Part shown: positions 46,949-56,160 of the stretch, piece by piece
How positions within the stretch are numbered: position 1 is the stretch's first letter
How the letters are laid out: every line of letters starts with the position of its first letter
Assembly: GCA_002731825.1 (NCBI GenBank)
Contig: PCCS01000050.1
Span: 46,833 to 110,832, forward strand
Direction of reading: 5' to 3'
Origin: Myxococcales bacterium
GTDB taxonomy: Bacteria > Myxococcota_A > Bradymonadia > UBA7976 > UBA1532
DNA length: 64,000 bases
The notes under the pieces: model-generated
The model's database searches: none
Told to the model about the DNA's origin: nothing
The model's input: only the letters and a program-made list of their open reading frames with translations
Translations under genes and position numbers: made by a program

Positions 46949-48196
46949 GTGGGCGAAAAAATAATCTCCAAAGAGTTCATCAAGGCTCTGCCAAAGACCG
47001 ACCTCCATGTTCATTTGGATGGATCAATTAGGCCGTCAACACTCATTTCGCTCGCCCGCGAGTACGGTGTCGAACTCCCAAGCTACACAGAGGACGGTTT
47101 GCGGGAAACCGTCTTTAAGGATCGCTATGACAATCTAGGCGAATACCTATCGGGCTTTGGTTACACCGTCGCTGTCCTTCAGAGTGAATTGGCGCTTGAG
47201 CGCGTCGCGTATGAACTGGCGGTGGATAACCAGGAGGAGGGTGTCCGCTACCTCGAAGTGCGATTTGCACCTCAGCTTCATGTGCATTCACATCTTCATT
47301 CGTTGATGGTTCTGAAAGCCGTCAACCGAGGGCTTGAAAGGGCACAGGTGGAGTTTAACTCAAGTGCTGCCGTCACAGAAAATGGAGAACCCCCTTTTCA
47401 TTACGGAATTATCGTATGTGCAATGCGGATGTTCAGACGAAACTTCAGTGAATATTTCAAGTCGCTGATCAATGCGCATCGGCATGCGCCTCAGAAAGAA
47501 ATTTACGGCATGGCATCACTGGAACTCGCACGAGCGGCCGTCATTGCGCGGGACGTCCATGGATTACCGGTGGTTGGCTTTGACCTGGCAGGTGAAGAGG
47601 CAGGCTATCCAGCCGGTGATCACGCCGCAGCTTTCGAATACGCACACAAACATTTCATGAAAAAGACGGTTCATGCGGGTGAGGCGTATGGACCCGAGAG
47701 TATTTTTCAGGCGATCACCGACCTCTACGCCGACCGAATTGGTCACGGAACATACCTTCTTGAGTCAGATATGATCACGGATCCGGAAATTGAAGATCGA
47801 CAACACTATGTTCGGCAACTCAGCCAATATATTGCTGACCGCCGGATCACGTTAGAGGTCTGTTTGACGAGCAATTTACAAACAAATCCCAACATGAAGT
47901 CTCTATCGGAGCACTCATTTAGAAATCTGAGAGAAGCCCGACTTTCAACGACGATTTGTACAGATAATCGAACGGTTAGTAATACCACGGTTACAAATGA
48001 GATCATGCTCGCTGTCGAGCATTTAAACCTCGATTTCTACGATTTGAAGTCCATTATCATCTACGGGTTTAAACGCAGCTTCATGCCCATTTCATATCTC
48101 GATAAACGCGCCTATGTCAGACAAATTATCGATTTTTACGAGTCTGTTGAGCGCCAGTTTTTTCATACGGATATAGACGACTCCAAACGAGAGTAG
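46949..48196 (+). CDS. add: Adenosine deaminase family protein (long form)
   Basis: LPKTDLHVHLDGSIRP, TVHAGEAYG, DRIGHGTYL, ICTDNRTVS. Start moved to GTG 46949, 5 nt after AAGGAG (track start 46904). Confidence 0.8.
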   Translation: MGEKIISKEFIKALPKTDLHVHLDGSIRPSTLISLAREYGVELPSYTEDGLRETVFKDRYDNLGEYLSGFGYTVAVLQSELALERVAYELAVDNQEEGVRYLEVRFAPQLHVHSHLHSLMVLKAVNRGLERAQVEFNSSAAVTENGEPPFHYGIIVCAMRMFRRNFSEYFKSLINAHRHAPQKEIYGMASLELARAAVIARDVHGLPVVGFDLAGEEAGYPAGDHAAAFEYAHKHFMKKTVHAGEAYGPESIFQAITDLYADRIGHGTYLLESDMITDPEIEDRQHYVRQLSQYIADRRITLEVCLTSNLQTNPNMKSLSEHSFRNLREARLSTTICTDNRTVSNTTVTNEIMLAVEHLNLDFYDLKSIIIYGFKRSFMPISYLDKRAYVRQIIDFYESVERQFFHTDIDDSKRE

Positions 48197-48200
48197 AGTT

Positions 48201-49457
48201 TTGCTTCGCCTTCTTTGTATCGGGTTATGCATCTCGACATCTTTTTCATGTTCGCCCGCGCCGACTGTTCAGTCTGGTGATGGAGGCGACCGACAACGCG
48301 TCTACTTTTCCGATGCGGGTCCGGCGCGCTTGGGTATTGAAGTCTATCGAGATGCGACAGCGGATTTACCAGATGTTGTTCCGCTCTCAGAGACTGGCGC
48401 ATGCCGAACCGGGCGGACAGCCGGCACGGTTTGCGCCCCGAATGGACGATACATCGCGGGTGCTCGGATCAGTGCCGAGACAAGAACCTGTCGAGGTGAA
48501 CCCAAAATTGTTGAGACGACGGCCGATTTAAGGGGCTACTTTGTTTTGGCTGACCTCGCTCCTGGTCCAGTGAATATCACCATAACCAGCGGCAACTTTG
48601 TGGGGCGATTTTCGGTCGATATCATCGCTGGTCGGGAAGTCCCGGTTTCAAATGAGGGCTCCGCTAAGGTGTGTCTTCCCGCGGACAATGCTCGGCTTGC
48701 CGTTCTCACGGGTGACTACGATGATATCGGTGCAGTCATAGATGATCTGGGTTTTGACCACGATGTTCTGTGTGGCAGTTGGATAAATGCCCGACCTGCG
48801 CTCGGGTTATTGGCAGACTTAGACCGACTGACTCAATATGCGATTCTTTTCATCAATTGTGCCAGTGGAGTCGATTTCCGCGCAACCAATCCAGAAATGG
48901 ATGCCATCGAGGATAACATCCGGGAGTATGTCCGACGAGGGGGCTCCCTCTATGTCTCTGACCTCGCCGTTGACTGGGTCCAGCGTTTGTGGCCTGGAAA
49001 GATTGAATTCCTGACCAGCAATCCACAAGATCGTGAGGTTGACCAATGCTGCGTTTGTACGACTGACTGCGACCTCAGCTGTTATGTAGAACCCCCTGAT
49101 GAGCCCTCCTACAGTTGCTACCTGCCCAATGACCTGCCACAGACCTGCCGTGAGCCATCTGGTCCGACGGGTTTTGGTCAGCTGGGAGAATTAACGGGTG
49201 ACATTGTATCGCCATTTTTGCGCCAGTTTGTGTCCGATGGACAAATTCCGGTTGCCTTTGATGCAGGAGGCTGGGTTGAGATCGAGTCGGTTTCAGCAGA
49301 TGTCGAGGTTTTGGTCAGAACGGAGGCTCGTCCGCTGATGGTCTTATTTGAACCATATCCTGGCGGTGGTCGTGTCGCCTATACGAGTTTTCACAATCAT
49401 GGTCAGGCGACTGAAGCGATGCTTGAGATCCTTCGCGCGCTGATTTTCAGACTCTAG
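48201..49457 (+). CDS. Hypothetical exported/lipoprotein with carboxypeptidase-regulatory-like domain and Cys-rich insert
   Basis: TTG start 4 nt after the add stop. Signal LLCIGLCISTSFSC. GTVCAPNGRYIAGARISAET..GYFVLADLAPGPVNITITSGNF. Later CCVCTTDCDLSCY. Confidence 0.6.
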   Translation: MLRLLCIGLCISTSFSCSPAPTVQSGDGGDRQRVYFSDAGPARLGIEVYRDATADLPDVVPLSETGACRTGRTAGTVCAPNGRYIAGARISAETRTCRGEPKIVETTADLRGYFVLADLAPGPVNITITSGNFVGRFSVDIIAGREVPVSNEGSAKVCLPADNARLAVLTGDYDDIGAVIDDLGFDHDVLCGSWINARPALGLLADLDRLTQYAILFINCASGVDFRATNPEMDAIEDNIREYVRRGGSLYVSDLAVDWVQRLWPGKIEFLTSNPQDREVDQCCVCTTDCDLSCYVEPPDEPSYSCYLPNDLPQTCREPSGPTGFGQLGELTGDIVSPFLRQFVSDGQIPVAFDAGGWVEIESVSADVEVLVRTEARPLMVLFEPYPGGGRVAYTSFHNHGQATEAMLEILRALIFRL

Positions 49458-49473
49458 TGGGATTTGACCTGTC

Positions 49474-51048
49474 ATGACAGAACGCACAAACCTACTCCTT
49501 CCAAATGCTGCGAGATGGTCCAGTACAGATCCCATCATCGAACTGAGAAATGTGTCCAAAGTATATGATGGCGTTCCGGTCATCAACGGACTTTCCTTGG
49601 CTATAGAACCAGGCAAGACCACGGTGATCTCGGGGCAGTCGGGGAGTGGTAAAAGCGTTCTACTAAGAATGATGAATGGGCTCACTCTGCCAGATGAGGG
49701 GCAGGTATTTCTCTTTGGTCAAGAGCTCGGTACAGCAACCGAGCAGACGCGTACTGAGCTGCGAAAGCGTTGCACGATGGTCTTCCAGAACTACGCGTTA
49801 ATCGATTCCATGACAGTGGCACAAAATATTGGTTTCCCCCTCGCTGAGAATACAAAAATGTCGAAGAAAGACATTAGAGGCCTTGTCCAATCTTTACTTG
49901 AGATGCTCGAGTTAAGTCATGCCATCGACCTGTTACCGGCGAGTTTATCGGGCGGCATGAAAAAGCGTGTTGCTCTTGCCAGAGCCGTCATTACCAATCC
50001 TGAGGTCGTTCTTTTCGATGAGCCCACCACAGGTCTTGATCCGGTCATGATCGAGTTTGTCGATCAATTGATTCTAAAAACGCAGCAGGAATATGGAATT
50101 ACGTCCGTCATCATCTCCCATGATATGGCCTCGAACCGTCGCTTGGCAGACCGTATGGCTATGCTGTCTGAGGGACAGATCATTGCATCCGGTACATTTG
50201 GTCACATCATGTCCAGCCCGATACCCGCTGTACGCGACTTCATGCAGGATGTGTCTGAAACGCGCTCGATTCAGTCGCTCGAGCCAGATCAGCTCGAAGC
50301 TGCAACCGAGGATTTCGATTTTGTGGTTGAAGTGGACAATTTGCACAAGTCATTCGGTGAGAACCATGTTCTCAGGGGCATTTCTTGTCGGATTCCAAAG
50401 CGGAAAATTACTGTTGTCATTGGCGGGTCTGGATCAGGAAAATCGGTCTTGATCAAGCACATGATCGGCTTGTTTAAGCCATCATCCGGGCACGTCCGGG
50501 TTTTTGGCAACGACCTATCCGAGTTGAACGGGCGCGCTATGCAGGGTGTCCAAGCAAAGATTGGGATGCTTTTTCAGGGCGCGGCCTTGTTTGATTCCAT
50601 GAGTGTTCGCGAGAACATTGCATTTCCGCTTATTGAAGAGCGGAAGAAAAGCAGAAGAGACATTCAGAAACTGGTGCTCGATGTTGCAGAACGCCTTTCG
50701 GTGGAGTCGATTCTGGACCAAATGCCCAGCGAGATTAGCAATGGTCAAAGAAAGAGAGTTGCGCTCGCAAGAGCCCTAATCACTGAACCCGAAATCATGA
50801 TTTATGACGAACCAACAACCGGTCAAGACCCCATCATGATGAAGCGAGTCGACGATATGATCGTCGAGGCCGCCCAGAAATTTGATATCACGAGCATCGT
50901 CATCAGCCATGATATGAAATCGACGTTTCGAATCGCTGATCAGGTGATTATGATCAAGAACGGAGACCTGGTCATCGCGGACACACCGCACGCGTTGCGG
51001 GCCTCCTCAGACAGCCGCGTAAAAGAGTTTATTTTTGCTGGTTCATAA
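49474..51048 (+). CDS. ABC transporter ATP-binding protein with two tandem MlaF-like NBDs
   Basis: NBD1: GQSGSGKS / LSGGMKKRVALARA / VLFDEPTTGLDP. NBD2: GGSGSGKS / ISNGQRKRVALARA / MIYDEPTTGQDP. No permease gene adjacent. Confidence 0.85.
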   Translation: MTERTNLLLPNAARWSSTDPIIELRNVSKVYDGVPVINGLSLAIEPGKTTVISGQSGSGKSVLLRMMNGLTLPDEGQVFLFGQELGTATEQTRTELRKRCTMVFQNYALIDSMTVAQNIGFPLAENTKMSKKDIRGLVQSLLEMLELSHAIDLLPASLSGGMKKRVALARAVITNPEVVLFDEPTTGLDPVMIEFVDQLILKTQQEYGITSVIISHDMASNRRLADRMAMLSEGQIIASGTFGHIMSSPIPAVRDFMQDVSETRSIQSLEPDQLEAATEDFDFVVEVDNLHKSFGENHVLRGISCRIPKRKITVVIGGSGSGKSVLIKHMIGLFKPSSGHVRVFGNDLSELNGRAMQGVQAKIGMLFQGAALFDSMSVRENIAFPLIEERKKSRRDIQKLVLDVAERLSVESILDQMPSEISNGQRKRVALARALITEPEIMIYDEPTTGQDPIMMKRVDDMIVEAAQKFDITSIVISHDMKSTFRIADQVIMIKNGDLVIADTPHALRASSDSRVKEFIFAGS

Positions 51049-51700
51049 CGCCGGTCGATTCCGGTTTTTGTCTATTTGTTCTCTTGTGACTGGCTTCATC
51101 TTCAAAGGTGAGCGCCAATGAATTTACACAATGCCTCAAGCCAGTGGGTCTCGGACCGTCCCGAAAAACATGCCCTAAATGACCATTACATCGAGCGCAG
51201 ACAATTTCCACACGGAGCATGCCGTGGCTCCGGTCAGAAATGCGCTTCACTCGACGCCTTAGGCTTCGATAAAAGCTCGGCCAACCCGTTCCCGATTTAA
51301 ATTTTGTCTTCGACGAAAAAAGGGGCGCGCCGCAACCAGCGCAGCGGTAGATCCCCGAGCGGGTGTTATGCAAGAGTGTACCGCTATGTGCCCGCTCAGT
51401 GCCTTTCTGCCGCAAAATATAGAACTGTTTCTCCGATAATCTGCGCTTCCATTCTGCTTCGCTCAAAATTAAAGGTTCATGTGAATTTGGGTCAATGAGA
51501 GGCTGCTCAATGCTGTGCTTATCATCGAGGCTATGTCCGTCTTGTGTGGGCGCGGAGGTGGGTGCAGTGGTGGGTTGAGAGCTTGGCCTTGAGGAGGCGT
51601 CTCCTCCATTATTTGCGCCAGGCGCTTGTCCGAAAGCCCAATTGAAGGGGCAGAATAAACCCGAGATAACCAAGAGGGTTTGAGCATATCGTTGGAGCAT
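51029..51700 (-). CDS. msrB: Peptide-methionine (R)-S-oxide reductase MsrB with signal peptide and low-complexity linker
   Basis: FYILRQKGTERAHSG..YRCAGCGAPLFSS..GTGWPSF...CARCNGHLGHVF.DGP.PTGLRHCVNS. N-terminus MLQRYAQTLLVISGLFCPFNWAFGQAPG plus a Ser/Pro/Thr-rich spacer. Confidence 0.85.
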   Translation of the reverse strand: MLQRYAQTLLVISGLFCPFNWAFGQAPGANNGGDASSRPSSQPTTAPTSAPTQDGHSLDDKHSIEQPLIDPNSHEPLILSEAEWKRRLSEKQFYILRQKGTERAHSGTLLHNTRSGIYRCAGCGAPLFSSKTKFKSGTGWPSFYRSLRRRVKRISDRSHGMLRVEIVCARCNGHLGHVFRDGPRPTGLRHCVNSLALTFEDEASHKRTNRQKPESTGVMNQQK

Positions 51701-51752
51701 ATCAGCGTCTCCCTAGGACGGTCTGTCCATTAATCTAACCGAGTATCTAGCC

Positions 51753-52898
51753 TCAGAATTTCTCCATAATCTCTTTTACGACGATCACGACCATGAGAAT
51801 CATCAGCAGCAGCATGCCAATGCCATGAATCACACTTTCGACCAAGGGCGGAACAGCCTTGCGTGAAACAGCCTCAATCCCCACAAACAGGAGTCGGCCA
51901 CCATCTAATGCAGGCAATGGAAAGAGATTAATGACGCCTAAATTGATGCTGAGGATGGCCATAAAACTGATAAACCATTCCAGACCCATTTTGAGGGTAT
52001 CAGCGCCCGTATCCGCCATTTTTACGACGCTTGCGAGCTGCACAGCTTCCGTTCCTTCAAACCATCGACCGACGATCCTCATCATTCCGCGCACCACAGC
52101 CCAGGTCTCGATGCATCCCAGACGGATGGCATCGGACCATGATTGTGCGCCGAATCTGACCACATCAGGTGAAATACCAAGGACATAGCCTTTGGGGGTT
52201 TTCTCGGCTTTCATTTCGATGACGTGACTGGGCCATTCATTGGGAATTCTTGGAAATGACAGGGTGAGACCCGTCTCAGCATCGACCTTTGTTTGCATAG
52301 GCGGTGGTGTGCCATCAGGAGACCGTCTAATGGTCACCCGCAAAGTCTGGCCAGCCGTTTTCCCTACCACTTTTTTTAACTCGGAAAAACTGCGGACGGG
52401 AAAGCCGTTAATAGACTCGATTGAATCATAGGGTTTCAGTCCAGCGGCCAAAGCAGCGCCGCTCACATCACGGATAACTTGAGTCCCCTCATGTCGCCAA
52501 TCGTAGGTCACAGCTGTTGATGAACCAAATAAGAAACTGTAGGTGACGATGGCGAGCAAGAAGTTCGCCATGGGGCCCGCCAGCATCACAATTGCACGCT
52601 GCCAAGGCGGGTATTCGCGAAGAGCATGGGTACTGCGATCTGAAATGTGTCCGTCACGTGGTCGATGATCGGTGCGCGTGAGGCCCTCCAATTGAACGTA
52701 TCCACCAAATGGGATCAGCGCGAATTGATAAATGGTTTCTTTGCCGTGAATCCGGATCAATGCGGGCCCAAATCCAATGGAAAACCGAGTCGCCTTCATG
52801 CCAAAAAAACGGGCAGCCAAAAAATGCCCTAACTCATGGACGAGGATGAGTATATTAAACCCAATGATGAAGAGAATTAGCGACACACCGTAAACCAA
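51753..52898 (-). CDS. rseP: RIP metalloprotease RseP (site-2 protease, M50)
   Basis: HELGH in the first TM region, a central PDZ-like segment, and C-terminal NLFPLPALDGG. Confidence 0.85.
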   Translation of the reverse strand: MVYGVSLILFIIGFNILILVHELGHFLAARFFGMKATRFSIGFGPALIRIHGKETIYQFALIPFGGYVQLEGLTRTDHRPRDGHISDRSTHALREYPPWQRAIVMLAGPMANFLLAIVTYSFLFGSSTAVTYDWRHEGTQVIRDVSGAALAAGLKPYDSIESINGFPVRSFSELKKVVGKTAGQTLRVTIRRSPDGTPPPMQTKVDAETGLTLSFPRIPNEWPSHVIEMKAEKTPKGYVLGISPDVVRFGAQSWSDAIRLGCIETWAVVRGMMRIVGRWFEGTEAVQLASVVKMADTGADTLKMGLEWFISFMAILSINLGVINLFPLPALDGGRLLFVGIEAVSRKAVPPLVESVIHGIGMLLLMILMVVIVVKEIMEKF

Positions 52899-53001
52899 TT
52901 GAAACTAAAGGCCTGATTGGACGAGGATAACGCGGACGGTTGAGTACGTCATGGTAATTTGTCTTTAAAACGAACCAAGCAGGAGATCGCGTCTGGTCAC
53001 T

Positions 53002-54201
53002 TTGTCACCTATCTTGATGTTGGTTGCCTTGAACCTAGGCGGCGCAGGCATTGAACTCGGCGGCGGCTTGTTGAACGAGCGGATCGTCTTGTCCGCGCAA
53101 CCATGGGTCTCCATTCGTCATTCAGTTGCGGAGATTTCCATCGGGCCGAAACTGAACTTTGATCTTCGCGATGGTCAATTGCGCCAACAAGATTGGGATG
53201 AGCCAGGGGACTATGGACTCATCGTCCACAAGTTCAGCTGGGGCAAATGGTTACGTGGCGGGGCCATTGCACATAAGAGTTTTGGTCATGGCACGCTCGT
53301 CAATCGATATCATAATCGGGTTGACCGAGATCACGGTCGGTTGGGCATCGAACTGAAAATTCTCGCCGAAACACACATCTCCTGGCGGCCCAATCGGTAT
53401 GAATTGATGGTTGACCAAGTGCTCGACAGACCGGTGATGGCTGGTGGTTTCGGTTGGTGGTCAACCCATGGCGAGCTTAACTTGATCTATGCGGCCGATC
53501 ACGGAGCGCCCACTCAGATTGAGTCAGATGTTCAATCCGATGGGTGGCTCAAGCATTCACCTCATTCACGCTGGGCCTTAAGTTTGTCCAGCCGGTGGCA
53601 ATTGATCCCCAGGGGCGGTCAAACCGAACTGGCCCTCATCGGCGATATCAATACCATTCGGACCAAAGGGTGGGGGATTCACTCCGGTCTGGAACTCGCC
53701 TTCCAAGATCGGGATGATTGGCGTGTTCAGATCCGCTTTCTCGGTATGCGATCCGGCCGCGACTATACGTGGAGTCTTTTCGACACAAGCTATCTAATCG
53801 ATCGGTGGCGAGGCATTGAATCTGAACTCGAAAATGCCGAAGCGGTTTGGGGTCTCCAGGGCCTGTTTCAATTAACCGTGCAAAACGCGTTGATCATCGG
53901 TCTTGAGTATACGGATGTTGAGCAGGCCGACAGAACGGATTTCGGTGCCTGGATGAGAGTCCCGCTCGATCGGTTTACTCTGGGGGCGTTTTGGAAAGTC
54001 AGACGGGTCAATGGGTTTGTGGAGATTTTTGATTGGAATGACCTGTTGGCAGCCGTGTCGGGTCGATATCGCGTCAACGACTGGTTCACAGTGACCAGTG
54101 TCTTAAGCCGGGATTGGTTCATCGACCGGGACTTCGCAACCTATGCACCGAACACAACCCTACTGCTCATGGCTGGTTTTGATTGGGCTAACCAGCGCTA
54201 G
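53002..54201 (+). CDS. Hypothetical protein (beta-rich, possibly outer-membrane)
   Basis: 399 aa, TTG start. Alternating-hydrophobicity beta-strand pattern, rich in W/R/D. No motif recognised. 14-nt convergent overlap with the next gene. Confidence 0.5.
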   Translation: MSPILMLVALNLGGAGIELGGGLLNERIVLSAQPWVSIRHSVAEISIGPKLNFDLRDGQLRQQDWDEPGDYGLIVHKFSWGKWLRGGAIAHKSFGHGTLVNRYHNRVDRDHGRLGIELKILAETHISWRPNRYELMVDQVLDRPVMAGGFGWWSTHGELNLIYAADHGAPTQIESDVQSDGWLKHSPHSRWALSLSSRWQLIPRGGQTELALIGDINTIRTKGWGIHSGLELAFQDRDDWRVQIRFLGMRSGRDYTWSLFDTSYLIDRWRGIESELENAEAVWGLQGLFQLTVQNALIIGLEYTDVEQADRTDFGAWMRVPLDRFTLGAFWKVRRVNGFVEIFDWNDLLAAVSGRYRVNDWFTVTSVLSRDWFIDRDFATYAPNTTLLLMAGFDWANQR

Positions 54202-54907
54202 CCGCCAATATAATTCCTGCTGCAACGGACACATTTAATGACTCAACGCGTCCAGGACCGGCGATTTTAATCGTCCGATTACACTCTTTGCGTACAGCTG
54301 CTGAAATGCCGTGATTTTCGTTACCAAGGACAAAACAAACGGGTTTCGGAAACGACGCTTGAGCTAGTTTTTCTTTTGCCCGATGATCAGCGGCAATAAT
54401 GTCAAAACCCTGTTCGCGCAGTTCACGTAGGGCAACGGAAAGTCGTGAACATCGGATGATCGGTATGTGTTCGGCCCCGCCCTGTGAGACCCGCAGTGCA
54501 GCCGGATTAACCGCAGTTCGACTCTCGTCTGTCAGGTAGGCGTCAGCGCCAAACCAAGCCATACTTCTGAGAATTGCTCCCATGTTGTGAGGGTTTGTGA
54601 TGCCGTCGGCCGCAATGATACATTTGGCTCTCTCAAGGTTTTTCTTTGCCGTACCAAACGCTTGAGTCAGGCGTGGTTGTGCGATGGCAACAACGCCTTC
54701 ATGATGTGGGGTTCCCGCGACGCGTGTGAGGTCATCCACCTCGACTTCTCGATAGGGTTTTCGGTTGTTTGCAGTGGCTTTTAGAACCGGACCAATTTCT
54801 TTTCGAATATCTTTTAAATAGAGCACTCGGCGGAGGTCCTGCGGACGGTGTTTAGCGAGGGCACACACGGCTCTGAGACCATAGATGACACTTTCTTTTT
54901 GGCTCAC
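54188..54907 (-). CDS. TrmH/SpoU-family RNA 2'-O-methyltransferase (RlmB-like)
   Basis: ...VLGNENHGISAAVRKECNRTIKIAGPGRVESLNVSVAAGIIL... is a SPOUT knot motif. Confidence 0.8.
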   Translation of the reverse strand: MSQKESVIYGLRAVCALAKHRPQDLRRVLYLKDIRKEIGPVLKATANNRKPYREVEVDDLTRVAGTPHHEGVVAIAQPRLTQAFGTAKKNLERAKCIIAADGITNPHNMGAILRSMAWFGADAYLTDESRTAVNPAALRVSQGGAEHIPIIRCSRLSVALRELREQGFDIIAADHRAKEKLAQASFPKPVCFVLGNENHGISAAVRKECNRTIKIAGPGRVESLNVSVAAGIILAASAG

Positions 54908-54995
54908 GACTTCATCTCCCTTTTCCGTCAGGTCTTATCAACCAAGTAGACAAGACTCTATCACAGAGTCAGAATAGGGGCGTGTTTGTGGTGAA

Positions 54996-55688
54996 TTGAA
55001 TCATATGGATGCCTTTCGAGACCATTATGGGCCCGCGATCATAAGCGCATTTGGCTTGCTGATCGTGTCTAGCTCCGCTTTATTATTCGGCTCTCTATTG
55101 ATCGGGTGGGCCGAATTACCAGGAAACTGGCCGAAAGTATCCATCATGATTTGGACGCCTTTCTGCTTACTTACGCTTGCCTTTATCATCCGGCGCTGCA
55201 GTGACATCCAGGTCCGTTCCTGGGCTGCCAGACAGATGAGCATGAAATTACTTGCAGGCGGTCTCATCATGGGCATTTTGGCGGCCCCTATTCTTGCTTT
55301 GATGACCAACGCCATCCGTATCCTTGTTCATGGCAATGAACTCAATCACCAAGTCGATTTGGTGACCTTGACGGATCCGACCGTATTGGAATCGAGCCTT
55401 GTTGCAGCCATGATCGTGATTTTAATTCCTATCGCGGAGGAAATTTTGTATCGAGGCGTTCTCTTTGATGCCTTGCGCGCCCTCGTCAGCGACCAGACCG
55501 TGATTGTTTTGACAGCAATCACCTTCGGAATTGCACATTTCGACGTCGCTAACTCTATTGGTACCGGTGTTCTTGGCCTCGGATTAGGCTGGCTTAGGCT
55601 AAGAAGCAATACCATTTGGCCTTGCATTTTGCTGCACGCAGGCTTCAATCTGTTTGGCTATTCTGTCATCCTGATGGCGAGCAGCTAA
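54996..55688 (+). CDS. CPBP-family intramembrane glutamic endopeptidase (CAAX protease-like)
   Basis: EEILYRG, FGIAHF, HAGFN motifs; multi-TM. ATG 55005 is an alternative start. Confidence 0.8.
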   Translation: MNHMDAFRDHYGPAIISAFGLLIVSSSALLFGSLLIGWAELPGNWPKVSIMIWTPFCLLTLAFIIRRCSDIQVRSWAARQMSMKLLAGGLIMGILAAPILALMTNAIRILVHGNELNHQVDLVTLTDPTVLESSLVAAMIVILIPIAEEILYRGVLFDALRALVSDQTVIVLTAITFGIAHFDVANSIGTGVLGLGLGWLRLRSNTIWPCILLHAGFNLFGYSVILMASS

Positions 55689-55806
55689 TTCGTGCTTTGG
55701 TTCAACTTGACGAAACCCAATAAGTGTTTAAATGCTCTTGGTGGTAGGCGCCGGACCGGGTCCTATCAGTTAACTGCGGCCAATCTAACGTGATGAGAGG
55801 TGGAAG

Positions 55807-56160
55807 TTGAGTAATCAACGCGACGATGAGCGGCGACCCGATCGCCAGGGTCAAACTGAGACACTGACCCGTCGGCGATTGAAACGGCCTCCGCTGTATC
55901 GGGTCATTTTTCATAATGACGACTACACAACGCGAGATTTTGTGGTGATGGCGCTGATGCGATATTTCCACAAGTCACATGCTGAATCGACAACACTCAT
56001 GCTGCAAATACACACGCAGGGGAAGGGCATCGCTGGCCTCTACCCTTTAGACATCGCACGCTCGAAGCAACTGCAGGTGGAATCTCTTGCGAGAGACTAT
56101 GAAATGCCACTCAAGCTTACCATTGAAGCCGATGACGATGGCCAGGAGGAAGATGAGTAA
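55807..56160 (+). CDS. clpS: ATP-dependent Clp protease adaptor ClpS
   Basis: PPLYRVIFHNDDYTTRDFVVMALMRYFHKS..A..LMLQIHTQGKGIAG. Confidence 0.9.
   Translation: MSNQRDDERRPDRQGQTETLTRRRLKRPPLYRVIFHNDDYTTRDFVVMALMRYFHKSHAESTTLMLQIHTQGKGIAGLYPLDIARSKQLQVESLARDYEMPLKLTIEADDDGQEEDE

Noticed and set aside
46315-46964. Track ORFs 46315..46539 (+), 46365..46670 (-) and 46665..46964 (+) in the dapA/add spacer.
   Set aside because: No RBS and unnatural compositions. One is antisense to the better-supported micro-ORF. Another merely extends upstream of the add gene in a different frame.
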